Made by a program: the position numbers and the translations under genes. DNA of 61,189 nt, the filler included, from Bipalium vagum (lineage: Eukaryota), in NCBI GenBank assembly GCA_037834085.1. It is 3 parts of 3 records of this genome, joined end to end, with 100 filler letters (N's around TTAATTAATTAA, not from the genome) between each part and the next. Parts side by side here need not be neighbours in the genome. Positions count along the whole stretch, not along the records: positions 43,017 to 61,189 come from JBBMKC010037736.1; 2 more parts are not named here. One strand, 5' to 3'. The notes below the pieces were generated by a model, which was not told where the DNA came from, made no database searches, and saw nothing but the letters and a program-made list of their open reading frames with translations. Below, piece after piece: positions 48,901 through 61,189 of this stretch. Positions within the stretch are counted from its first letter, which is position 1, and each line of letters begins with the position of its first letter.

Positions 48901-49532
48901 CTTTTGGGAAAAATTGAAAGCATTTTTTTAAAAAGAGTGTTGATTAATGTTCCAAAATATGATTCAAATTATTTTTTATAATTTATATTTTTTTATAAAA
49001 GATTTTTACTTTTAGTCAAAAGGTAATTATGATAAGTGTAACACTCTTGATCTGAGGTCCAAATAAATTTCTAAAGGATAAAATAAGTAGTGATCCTATA
49101 AAAAGTATCATGACATATATAAAATAGTTAAGAACTTAACAACCCCGTTTGTTATGAGGTTTGATACAGCAGCTTATAGATTTAGTAATGTTCTCATGTT
49201 AAGATAAAGATCGCTTGAAAATTTTACGTTCATAGCTGTATTTTGGGTTTTATATGATCACAATACACATTGGTTGTGATTGTTTCACCAAACTGAAGTA
49301 ATTATTAAAGTAGGTATCCTTTGTAATTTTATCAAAGAGAATAAGGTTTTTTTGAAGGGTTACATTATTGAAGCCAAAACATTTTCACCTTCGTTATCAT
49401 TCTGCGGATAAATAAATACCAACTGAAAAATGACACTCGAGAACTTTTTGAGGTTTGAACTTTAAAGCAAAATCATTAAGAATTTATTGTTTAACACTAC
49501 AGGTAAAAAGTTTTAATCTTGAAAGTTTTTTA

Positions 49533-49930
49533 TTAGTAGGGTGAACTGAAAGTCCGTCGTTTTTTGTACACTATATGTAAAATGATATTTTCGTTGATAT
49601 ATTTTATTGATTTCGGTGACTATTATATCATTTTATAGATTTTTCTATTAGTTTTAATGTGAACTGTAAATTATCTAAAAATTTGCTTTAATAGTCAAAT
49701 TTTCTGTGATAATCAATAATAATCTAGAGGATGTCAAATTGGGGTACCAGGAGTTCTTCTATTTCAAGGACAAGGCTTTGTGCAGACATAACATTGAACA
49801 ACTTGCTAATAGGTGGCCTCGGACTTCAGAATTAAACGGCATTCATTTTGAAACTTGATTTTTATTTTTTCCCTTAAGTTAATGTACAGATTTTGCTGTA
49901 AAAACGCAAGAACTTTTTTTCACCCTAATA
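49533..49930 (+). mobile_element. Mariner-derived MITE / deletion derivative
   Basis: Imperfect TIRs tagggtgaactgaaagtccgtcgtttt and aaaacgcaagaacttttttcaccctaata; internal IEQLANRWP..GIHFET C-terminal remnant. Confidence 0.65.
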
Positions 49931-51159
49931 CATTTTATAAAAAAACAAAATCATTTTATTGACACTATTAGAAGGTTTCTAACATATTCTATGACTCGTA
50001 GGAGATTAGTTCGAATAAATCTTTTATTCAAAAAATATTCTAGAATAGAAACATTATAAATATGAGAATATTTCTCACATTATATCGGATTCATCTCATT
50101 ATTCATTATATTATATTATATCCATAATTTGACTGAAAAATAAAGAATTGAATGAATATTATCTGAAAAATGAGCCACCTCTGCAAAATGGGTAAATCAA
50201 ATATTGACTGATAAATCCGTTTCATCAAAAATAGAATACACTTAAAAATATGAAGAAAAAAAACAATTTAAAATATTTGAGAGATATTTTTGATATTTAT
50301 ATATTTATACAGTTTCATTTTTTATCTGACAATATTAAATTTATAAAAATGGATCATGAATGAATAATGATTTTATTTATGATTAGGAAATTATTTGATA
50401 ATCGAGATCAATTTTACTTTTCCCTAAGGCTACCTTTTATTAAAAAGAATTCTGACAGTTAAATACTTGACTCCGATATTTGCATCAATAGATAAATAAG
50501 TAATATATTAATTATTGTTTTAATGATGTCTAAAATTTTATTTAATAAAACAAAGCAACATTAATTAATAAAGGCAAAAAATTCTGTGTCAAAACGTAAT
50601 TGAAGAATTCAAATAAATAAATAAAATATTGCTCATATTTATTTATAATTAAGTAAGTTAGGTCAAATAAGAAAAGGTCAAACTTAATGAAAAAAATAGA
50701 ATAAAATATTACAGATTTTTCTTTGTCTTAAAATGCTTCGATATTTAATAATCAAGATTTATATTAATTAAAAATAATATTTCTTTTTTTAATTTTAATT
50801 AAAATAAATATTTATCAAATGTAATGGGAATAAATAATAACTAAAGTTAAATAAGGATAAATAAAATTTATTATGACATCAATCTTTTCAGGTGAACTCT
50901 GTGACAAATAACTGTTATTATTGAATTAAAATATTTTGATAATCTTTTAAATACGTTTTGTAAAAACTGTGAATTGAAATTTAATTCATATATATTTATC
51001 TTGAATTATATTTATATATAAATTATTAAAATTATATTTTTTCTTGTGAATTTTACGGTTTTTTTAAAGTATTAGGAAGGGCGTTAATTTTATACTTTTT
51101 AAACAACTTTTAATATTTGTTAGACAAATAGACTGATTAAAATCAATAAAGGTATTTAA

Positions 51160-51780
51160 AGTCGTTTAAAATGACTTCCTCAATAATTCTGACAACGTAA
51201 ATGTTCCGCTGCGATTAAATGATTTTTCTTTACAAAGAATTCAAATAGACATCAAATTTTGAACATCTTCATACGAATGGAATTGCTTATCTTCCAAAGA
51301 ATGTGCCATTAACATGAGCATATGAAAATATGTTGAACTTATAACCGGAAAAATTCATAGTAGACGACATCTTCCATATCCCACCACATACAAATCAAAA
51401 TATGTCTTATCATAATTGCATTTTGCAAATAAGCTTATCAAATTAAGCCATGATTTCCTTTGTCTATGGTAATTGAAATAAATCCATTTTTCATCCCCCG
51501 TAACAATTCGCCATAAAAACTATTTTTCTCTATCTGGCAACTTAAACGATTACAGATAGCCCATTCACTCAAATTATGAGAGACCCATATTCCCTTCTTT
51601 TGAATTTTTCCTAGTGCATGTAACCGTGTAGAAATAGTTGATCTGTGTGTATTCCCATAGACAACTGTTCCAATGTTTGAGTGTGGTCGTCATTCAAAAT
51701 TTAGCAATTAACCATCTTCAAACTTTTTGGCTGACTTAGATCTAAAATTTACATTTTGATAACGATGTGGTCTCATCAGT
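51160..51780 (-). mobile_element. Mariner transposase relic
   Basis: Minus strand LHALGKIQKKGIWVSHNLSE, FLWRIVTGDEKWIYFN, HMLMAHSLEDKQFHSYEDVQN. Confidence 0.85.
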
Positions 51781-52469
51781 AAATCTATTCACTTATTTCG
51801 CTTTCCAAGTTTTATCAAAACAAATAACATAAGATATTCAGATACTGAAAAATAAATTGTTTTTTTGATTTTATTAAAAATATAACTAACGTTATTGTCT
51901 ATTTTAAATTTAGACTATAATTAATTCATCCTTTAATAGTTAAATTTTAACGTGATTTCTTTCCAGGCTGTGATTAATATACCATTTGATAAACCGATTT
52001 TCCAATCTTCAATACATAATCTAAAGTTAAAATATTTAATTATCAGTAAACGATATTTAAGATTCCTCTCGTTATTGACCGTAGTGAAGTTGAAATTGAA
52101 ACTAAACGTGACTGAGCAAGAGAAAGGTATTCAAATGGAGAACCAACTTTTAAAAAAGGGAGCAGTATCGATGATGCATATTATTTTATCGACCACATAT
52201 GCATAATTCTCCATACATTTGGTGGAAAGAATATAACCATATACTTTATTTATTATATAAAAAGGTTTCTAGCAATAGGGAAGAATTAAACGAAATTTTA
52301 GTTTTAATTCTTTTAAGATCTTGTATTGATAAGAACTGCTGGAAATTTATATACTGACAACCTATCAGGCTTCTTCAAAAAAGTATGAATCTTTAATTCT
52401 TGATATAAATAACTTGAATAAAATTTAAAATTGCAGTTTAATGTCAGAGATTTTCATAAAAACCATATT

Positions 52470-52960
52470 CGTCATTGCATATGGTATAAAAAATTTCGGC
52501 CTGAAGGACAAGTTTAAATTGAAGTGGTCGATGAGGCCATTTCAATGGCAAATATCGAATTAGACCCCTGTTAATCAATATATGTTATGTTCCATACATT
52601 TGGCTGTGATAAGAAAACGACTTAGAATCATGTAAAATCCATTGGAAAGATCTGCAACCTCAGTGTTTGGTAACGATAACTCAAGACCATAAATCTCTAG
52701 ATTGACTAGAGTTAAGATACAGAAGCTAGAATAGAAAGTTTTACTTTATTTTCCCGATCTGACACTATTGGTTTACTATTTATTCCAATCACTCCAAAAT
52801 CATTTGAATGAGCAGGTGTTCCAAGATAAGGAAGCCATCAAAACAGATTTCTCGATTGTTATGCCTGAAAAGCACCCGAATTTATTAAAACATTATTGAA
52901 GCTTTAACAAAGAAATTGCCTTAAGTTGTTCAATCCTCTGGAGAATATATCATTGATTGA
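52470..52960 (+). mobile_element. Mariner relic
   Basis: VLLYFPDLTLLVYYLFQSLQNHLNEQVFQDKEAIK; GEYIID C-terminus. Confidence 0.7.
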
Positions 52961-53499
52961 TATTCAAAGATCTTGTTGTTTTAATTTAAACATAATTGAT
53001 AAACCCAATTAATTATATATATATATATATCATATTTATCCTTTTACAGTAATGTATAAAACAAGTTTTATTAAAAATAAACTGAAATTAATGATAATAA
53101 TTTTTATAACATGTATTAGGCAAATATTATTTATTTTTTATTTTTCATTAAATAAATAAATTTTGAATTTATTAACTTTGTTGTTGAAAAATCCTATTCT
53201 TGAAAATATAAAATAAAATTTAATGGTAAAGAATGTGTCAAAAATTGTTAAAAAGAAAATATTTTATTTTTATGGGAAATCAAATTATATTTATTTTAAG
53301 TGACTGGATTCAGCTCAGTACATTTAAACAAATAGTTTTCTTTTGCATTTTATTATGAGAAAAAATTATATTTTAAGATATTAATGATGAATGCCAATTT
53401 TTAATTTTTTCCTATTTTGACATTTGATATGAATGATTGGACTAATTCAATAATTAATTAATCAATCTTAAACTTTTTACAAATATCAGATCAAAATGA

Positions 53500-53780
53500 A
53501 ATTTTAGGATAAAAGACGGACAAGGATAATTTCTGAAATAATTTCATAATATTAGTAATATTTTCGAAGATGAATGAAAGTATGCTATTTTTTCTTGAAA
53601 ACCTATTCGACTATTGATTTAATTAAACAATTTCGGACAAAAAATTCTAAAACCTTAACAAGCTGAAGTCTGATCATTATCGACAATTTCCTAGAATAAT
53701 TCTGTAAAAACCCTGAATCTTTTCAGCAATAACTGATATGGATATTAAACATTCATATCACAAACCGAACTAAAATTTGA
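53500..53780 (-). mobile_element. Mariner relic
   Basis: Minus VWFVI*MFNIHISYC..IILGNCR...LNQ..RFSRK remnants of the VWW/ELL/QLxRL region. Confidence 0.45.
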
Positions 53781-54012
53781 ATTCTTGAAACCATAGTTTT
53801 CATTGGAAACCATCATGGTAAATAATGAATAAGATAATTTACTTTGTCACATACATTTTTGTTTCTTGTATTTCAACTTTAACTTGAAATGACTATTTCA
53901 ACCAATAACTTTTTTAAATTGTCAAATGTTTTTCTATAACTACCAAATATCTTACGATTGTGTAATTTTCTTGTTTCTAACTTTTTCTCGAAAATGCGAA
54001 GGATGATAATAT

Positions 54013-54900
54013 TGTTACTATTATACCTTAACAGAGTAACCTTCGCTCGCAAATCAACAACTCACTAAACGATGTTGTGTTCGCATTGCTATTGGAGCGG
54101 CACAAATTTGCACTTTATGTGAATCAAAACTCCCACAATAATACTTTATTCGCACCCTAATTGAATCAAAGCAATCAAAATAAAACTTTATAAAAAATAA
54201 ATCAAATGTCGTACAACACAGCTCAGTTCAATATAAAGAAGGATAAGATAGCTGAAAATTCACTATCCCTAAATTAATCAGAGATACACACAATATAATA
54301 TGATAAAAATGTCAAATCAAATAATATTAAAAAATCAAAATACACTAAATAAATGTTAATGTCAAACTTTAGTATAGATTATTATTAAACAAGAAACAAA
54401 AAACACAAAATGCAATGATACTCTTACCCAAAGCGATAAGAGTTTCATGGGTCATCCTATAGGTCATTTTCAGGTCGCCTATGGATTCCCAAACTCGCTG
54501 GGTCCTCTAATTAAATCCTTTTGCATCATTCGTCTCATAAGTAGGTAAAACAGAATCTCACTGGAATGTCTTGATTGAACTCGGAATCTCCTTCGGAATA
54601 GAAAAAATATTTTTGACCCCAAAGAAATCCTCTTTTCAAACGGCAAATAAATCTTTTCAAAAAGAAATTTCTTGGTAGTTTTTCTGGGCAAATTTCTGGG
54701 AAAAGCCGTCTCTTTATATAGTCGTAAAGATTGGTCTAAGGTCATCAATCCCTACGCTTGAGCTGGCTATTTCCTTCAAAAGCTCATAAATCTTAACCTT
54801 TTCCACACGCTGAGATAAAGTTAGAGAAGCCTCAAAATAATAATAATTTATTATGCCCACGACGGGATTTATCTCATAATTTTAATCTTAAATTACTACA
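54013..54900 (-). mobile_element. Solo-LTR-like element C (888 bp)
   Basis: Ends tgttacta...ttactaca; minus-strand TATATAAAG 54712-54720, GGGTAAG donor-like site near 54427, AATAAA 54145-54150 followed by GT-rich tract; homologous to 19006-19706. Confidence 0.55.
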
Positions 54901-55189
54901 ATGTATCAAATCCTGACGATGAGATTTTGATATATTGTTTTTGGTAATCTTTTGTCAAGTTAAAATTTTATTTTTTATTAATTAATATTGTTATTATTAT
55001 TATTATTATCACGGTTTGTGCCTTTAAAAAATCAAAGAATAGTAATTAAGTATATAATAATAAATATATAAAACCGCATAATCATAAATAATTGGCAGAA
55101 TTACTAGAAATAAACATGTATATTTAATGTCAAGAATACCAGGTTTGATTTATTCTTGTGTATGTCGTGATTAATGAGTTACATTATTC

Positions 55190-55520
55190 CTGTAACATTT
55201 TGGAACATGCGGCCAGATTTTTCGCATTAGGGAAAATCTAACTATATAATGAGTTCCCAAAATCCAATAAGAATAAAAAAACGTTAAAATAATAAAGTAG
55301 ATGCTATTTTCTGTTGTTACACTGTTTATTATTGATATGGCGAGTGATTATTTTTGAGGGATATACTATACATTTCTTATCAAAAACATTGAAGTCACAA
55401 GTAATTAGATAATTTTTATGTGTATCAAAGATCACATTGTAGTCCAAAGTGACCTTTATATCTAGCAGGCAAACTTTTTATCAACCGGGATTAAGTAGAG
55501 ATATTCCTCTTTTAATAAGA
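55190..55520 (-). mobile_element. Mariner relic
   Basis: Minus KKFAC*I*RSLWTTM*SLIH (KVxxxVFWD-like) and HYIVRFSL (PYSPDLAP-like) remnants. Confidence 0.45.
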
Positions 55521-55912
55521 GGGAATATCGTATAACCCATGGACAATTTAAAAATGTTGGTGATTTAAGAATTTATACAATAATATATTATATGACAAAA
55601 CTTTCATATAAATTTCCTTAATACTTTAGTAAATAGGAACACCATATTTTCATTGTACAAAAAAATGTGAGTGAACATCTGATCGGAAAATATATGACAT
55701 AATTTAATAAAAATATATTTTATATTATTTATTTATTATTATTATTTGAAATGATCAGGATTCTTATAATAAGTAACGAAACATAACGAAGATAAGAATT
55801 GTGATAATGATAACTATCATTAATACTGTTTCTAATCTAAATTCAAGTTGTACCCTTTTGAAATAGTTAATTATCGATAGCATATACGTATTTTAATGCG
55901 TTTTACATTTAG

Positions 55913-56864
55913 ACAAGACTGTTGGCCTCTCTGTTCCAATCCCGAACTAAGGATATATGCGTATATATTCATTGTTTTTGTGGAAGTACCCGTTACTAAT
56001 GTGACAGAAACGATATCGAACTGGCTGACTTTATCCTTAGCCATCGATCGCTATTTGGCTATGAAGCATCACACCTTTTCAAAGGTCCATTGCACGTTAA
56101 AAAATTTTAGAATTCTAACAGCATTGATTTGTTCCATAGCAGCAATAATTAATCTTCCGTATTTCTTTACAAACAATGTTTTCTTCAGAACAGAGTTCAA
56201 TATGCGCTCTAATCAATCAGAGAGCACTCTTTATACAAATGCTACTTCATTTTCTAATTCCTCCTTTTATATTTATCATTCATGGATTCGACAAGTGATC
56301 GTTCAGTTTCTCCCATTATTGTTGCTTTGTATTTTTAATTTTTTGCTGTTCCAAATTGTTTATAATCACAACAGAAAATTAGTCAAAAGTCACAGCTGTA
56401 TCAACAACCTGGTTCAAATGAAACAGTTGAGGGAGACTCAAAAACTTATCATAAAACCGTCGATTAGTAAACAATTGATAAAAGAAAAATCAAGGATTTT
56501 GGAAAGAAAACTTCGAGCCCAAAAAAAATTAACTATTTTACTTATTACTGTGATATTGCTTTTCCTTATCGGTCAAATCCCACATTCGTTTGCATATTTC
56601 AAAATATATGAAGCTCTGGGTCCATGTTCCACCTCATTTCCAGAATGCTTTGAATATCAACTATTTCGGACCTCAACAATGGTTTTGACTTTGTTGTGCT
56701 ATTCTTTGAATTTTTTTATTTATTTATTTTTGAATACGCATTTCCGGCGTACACTTTTTTACTGTATGAATTCCGTAGAGAGGAATGCAACAATAAAGAA
56801 TGGGATCCAAATAAACATTAAAAATCAACCAAATTTTGGAACTGATGAATTTTTACCAAAATAA
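55913..56864 (+). CDS. Rhodopsin-family peptide GPCR (FMRFamide/myosuppressin/sex-peptide-receptor-like), terminal exon encoding TM3-TM7 and C-tail; 5' exon not located
   Basis: TM3 ISNWLTLSLAIDRY, TM4 INLPYFF, TM5 QFLPLLLLCIFNFLL, TM6 FLIGQIP, TM7 CYSLNFFIY, helix 8 NTHFRRTL; acceptor ttttacatttag| at 55912. Confidence 0.9.
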
Positions 56865-59819
56865 AAATAGAAATCTGACAATTTTTGAAGTTCAATTTTT
56901 AAGTGAAAAGATTGATCATGAACATTATAATATTTTGTTGTACATGTTATTAATAAAGGACTACAAGATTCTCATGTTTAAGTAATTGTGACCATAACAT
57001 ATCTGAATTACTACTGTGGTTAAATGGCAGAAGCGGTTATTAAATAACAGTTAAAATCAAAGCAAGTTGCGTCTATGATGTTATTATATATCTAAGTCAA
57101 TCTTCATTGATTTTTTGGCTGTCTTTACCATATTCTATGATCCATTTCGTGATACAATGATCATCTTCATCATCAAAAATCTTATCCAAAATATCAGGAA
57201 ATTATGGTTCTATAAAAAACTTTTCCATAATCCTCAAACTGGAATTTTGTATTTTATTCAAAGGTACAATCATATGAAATTGAATAAAGTTCATTTTGTT
57301 TATTTTAGAAAGAAATTAATTTAAAAATCTTCGAAGGTCACAAAAAAAATTATTAAACAATAATTACATCATTATACAGTGTTTTCTGATCTATTAAATT
57401 CGTATTGCAATTGTTCGAGTCAGTTTTGCATTTGATTAAGTCATTTCTCATTTGTCAAATCAAAGTTGCAACCAATGAAGTCAGTATTATATCGAATAAA
57501 ATCAGTATTGTTTTTAGAGGTTAAAATAAAATTTAAAAAGAAAATATTTGGTTCCTCAAATTTATTTTGAGTGGCAATCAATAATTTCACGATTTTCTAA
57601 TATTTTGAGATATCACAGCATATTGTAATAATATACCTTACAGCAAACAGACGTAATTTCATGAAATGTTAATTCGAGCTTTAGGTTTAAGAGGGCAACA
57701 CGGTGGGAGGTATAAAATATTGAATCCTTCAAAATTAAATTTCCTATAATGGCGAATACGTGCATTATATATAATCAATACAAATCTTGTCGCATTTGTC
57801 TTTTAATTAAATTAGATAAACTTGAAAAATTTTGCATTAACTACATTATCGTATATCTTATGATAAAAAATATGAATACCATAAAATACTTTACCAGATG
57901 TAATAGTAGATAGTAGACTTAATAGATTGCAACACTGACTTAAGAAATGACTTTATCAAATGAAAAACTGGCACAATCAATTGCAAAACTCACTATTAAG
58001 TCTACCCTCTAAAATTTACCACAATCAGGAACATCGAAAAAATAGTTCCTCAGCTATATCGTTATTATGCATGATTGTAACTTCTTTATCCAATAAACTT
58101 AAATCTGGACTAAAAAATAACTTTTCCTTGAAAATCTGAAATAAAATTATCTTATTAACATTTTTTTTCGAAACCTATGTAAATTCTCAGTACACTATTA
58201 TGACCATTTTTAAAATTTCTAACTACCCATTTGATTCATTAAGCATCTGTTGTGAATTGTCAGCACTTTCAACATTAGCATTATGTCGGAGTATATTTTA
58301 ATGCTTTTGTTTGTAATATGGCGTCTTTATAATCCCCATAACTTTCTTTAAATATAATATTTCTTAAAATTGATTTCAAATTATCATTGGCCTTAAAGGC
58401 TTTACATTATATAAAAAGTTCTTAATTGATCTTTTAATTTCCTTTGAAAACTTGAGTTAAAATATTTCCCCCTCTTCCATGTTTTATACTAAATTTTCGT
58501 CCCAATATTCTAATATCTCTGTGTTTTAAGGATATGCTTCTGGTTGTCATATTATTATTTGATTTATATTAAATTATTTAATTGAATTGGTCATAACAAT
58601 TCTTTCACTTTTTACCGTATTCTTTTTTCTAGTTTACTTAATCTTATCTCACTAGATCCATTCTAATTTGAGTGACTTATTCTTCACTGACTTGTAGTTC
58701 ATTAGGCTATCGCTCATTGACCAATATTGTTTAAGATGAAATGAAATTATAAGGTTCCAGTTTCGAACAATACAAATTTTCCACATGACGGAATATTTAC
58801 ACAAAAGTGCTTGGTTAACAAAAAAAATAGTAACCATGTTTATTTTAAAATTATTCTAAGATAAATTATTGTAAAGTTTGTGATTTGTTTCTATTAAATC
58901 TCAATAATAATAATACATTCTAAATTATTATATTCTGATACAAATGGCGCAAATGAAACTGATACCTTGCAATATTATGATAGAAATTTAGAGATGCTTT
59001 ATGTAAATTTAGCAATCAGAAAAGGTCCTGAAAACTTAATTTGAAAATTGAAAAATATTTAATAACATTAAATAACCTTGATGGAGAAAATTTTTAGATA
59101 ATCAAGGACAAAATGGAAACGACAAACGAAACTGACAGATGAAAAGGAAAAAGTTAAACTAATATCGTTCAGTGAATAAGACAAAGGTAGTAAAATTATC
59201 GAGTTATTTATTAATAAAAAAGACTGTAATCCATGGATATCTAATTCACTGGAACTTATAAAAGTTTTTATTGAAAGTCAATCGTTGAAGAAACAAAGCA
59301 CTTTGGATATGTATTGAAATAGATTTTGACAATGATTGTTCATTTTAATAATAATTTTGAAAATGTTCTTTTTTAAAATGGTTTTATTATGTAATCTTGA
59401 AACAGCGATATGACGGAACCTCGATTATCGCCTGTTTTTTAATTAATTTTTAATGTGGCGGTATAAAGAGGTTTTACTGTATTTGTAAATTGCAACTAAA
59501 TAATAACCGTTACTATGTAAACTATATATTTTACTCGTATTATCTTTTATATTATATTTTAAAAGTATCTTCATATCTTGATTATATAATAATATTAAAA
59601 TTTTAATATATATTTTAATTTTAATATATATATATATATTTATAATCATAAATAAATCTTTCAATAATTTTCTAAAACTATCATTTACTGTAACACTCCT
59701 TTATTAGAACGACGAGAAGAAAGCGTTTAATTAAAATTAATGTTGCTATTTTTTACAATCATCCATTCATAATTTGTGTTTTAAGTCTTTATTTTTAATA
59801 GTTTTTGAAAAAAAATCGT

Positions 59820-59935
59820 TTCGTTTGATTAATCAATGATTGGATTACGTTTCTTTTTGCTTCTGTGGCATTCCGCCAAAGTTTGAATTCCTGCAACAAA
59901 ATTATCGGAGTTTCTGGTTTTGAAAGCATTTATAA
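59820..59935 (-). mobile_element. Mariner N-terminal HTH fragment
   Basis: MLSKPETPIILLQEFKLWRNATEAKRNV (cf. MSKxEIRxILLYEFKLGxxAxEAxRNI). Confidence 0.6.
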
Positions 59936-60339
59936 AATGGCTAACAAATTTAATAAATTTATGGGTTTAAAAAACTAACTACTTAATTATTAAGCAGGAA
60001 GCACACCTTTAAAAATGTATAACAGTATAGAATTTATTCTTAAATAATGAATACAGAAACAATTTAAAATAAGAAATTCCAAAGCGGTCATGATTTTTGC
60101 ACCAACATTGTGCTTGATCAAATTATACGTTACATACATTGCGAAGAAATAAAATATACAAGTTAAAAGCATTGAAAGGTAGATAGAAGAAAAATTTTTC
60201 ATTGTTAATCAAAAGAATAAAGCAAGAGAGTAGCCAGCAACATGGAAAAGGCAGAAATAAATAGATGATCAACGTTCTCTTTAATTAAAATTTTATTAAT
60301 ATAAAAATTATACTTGTGACTTTATTCCATTTTAATAAA

Positions 60340-60800
60340 AAGATTATTTAAAATATTCCTTGCAATCCAGAGGTTTCAGATAAAAAAATCAAAATCGACC
60401 CTCTCGCAGATATCTCTCTTGAAATTTTTCATACTCCTAGTGACTTGAAAAGAATAACATTGTGAATACTGTGATAAGTGCATTCTAAAATCACCGATTG
60501 TTTATGTCTGTTAATGATTGTCTGTTAAAAATGTTCAAATGACAGTCGTTTAAAGGAGGAAAGTCTCTTCTGTGCAAGAACCGTTAATATCAAACTGAAC
60601 AAAAATATGAAATCTACAACTTGTGTGACATTAATTTCAACGAAAATATTTCCAGTTAATTGGAATAGATGGAGAATTAGCTGTTTTGATGTCTTTAATT
60701 TCTAATCCCATTTTCTTGTGGTGGAAATGGTATCATTTAAAAAGAAAATTTTAGCTTGGCGAGAAATATTTTTGAAGAATTAAAAGTCGAAATGAAACAA
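60340..60800 (+). mobile_element. Mariner N-terminal relic
   Basis: CEYCDKCIL...FKGGKSLLCART HTH/linker remnants. Confidence 0.4.
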
Positions 60801-61189
60801 GTTGCATTATTCCTAGTTAACAGTAGGGATCATAAATAAATATAAGAAGTCTGAATAAAATAAATAATGATTAGAACAAAATTTTAATTATTTCATTTAT
60901 TATCGAAATTCATCAATATACTTAATTTCATAAATTAAAACAAAAATTATTCAAAAAATATAAATACAGTGCAACTTCTATTTTGGACCAATTTCTGAAA
61001 TGGACTACTTCTATAATCCGACCAAACTCCATATTTGGACCAATAATTTGTATTTATCATCTTTCTCGATATTTTCATATAAAAAATAAAATTCTTGGTC
61101 CAAAAATTTCACTAATTTGTTTTAATAATATTTTGGTATATAACATTTTCAAAATCAGGAATGAGTAAAAAATTATCATATGAAGATAA

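Noticed and set aside
54430-54480. Hammerhead-like ctgaaaatga...gaaac on the minus strand
   Set aside because: Core is not CUGANGA and the required helices are not formed
59990-60202. Hydrophobic 70-aa ORF as a membrane protein
   Set aside because: Composition expected from AT-rich DNA; no motif or splice support; flanked by mariner debris

Overview
AT-rich, intron-containing animal genomic DNA (invertebrate metazoan; not a prokaryote). It consists of three contigs joined by artificial N44-TTAATTAATTAA-N44 spacers at 25265-25364 and 42917-43016. Contig 1 carries a small, divergent 3-exon ANTP/NK-like homeobox gene (minus strand, Msx-like N-terminal arm, N-terminal eh1 motif). It lies head-to-head with a complete 16-exon strumpellin (WASHC5) gene of about 1180 aa, in which micro-introns of 45-68 nt alternate with long introns, nearly all containing transposon remnants. 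Contig 2 is mostly transposon debris plus exon-like minus-strand segments of an unidentified gene. Contig 3 holds the TM3-TM7 terminal exon of an FMRFamide-receptor-like peptide GPCR. The rest is dense, decayed mobile DNA: many mariner/Tc1 relics, pogo, Merlin, hAT, IS630-like and R4-like non-LTR fragments, and solo-LTR-like elements. I found no convincing new multi-gene system. The best leads are the unusual homeodomain, the solo-LTR-like family and the cryptic orphan exons. All gene models were spliced and translated by hand, family calls rest on recalled motifs rather than database searches, and relic boundaries are approximate.
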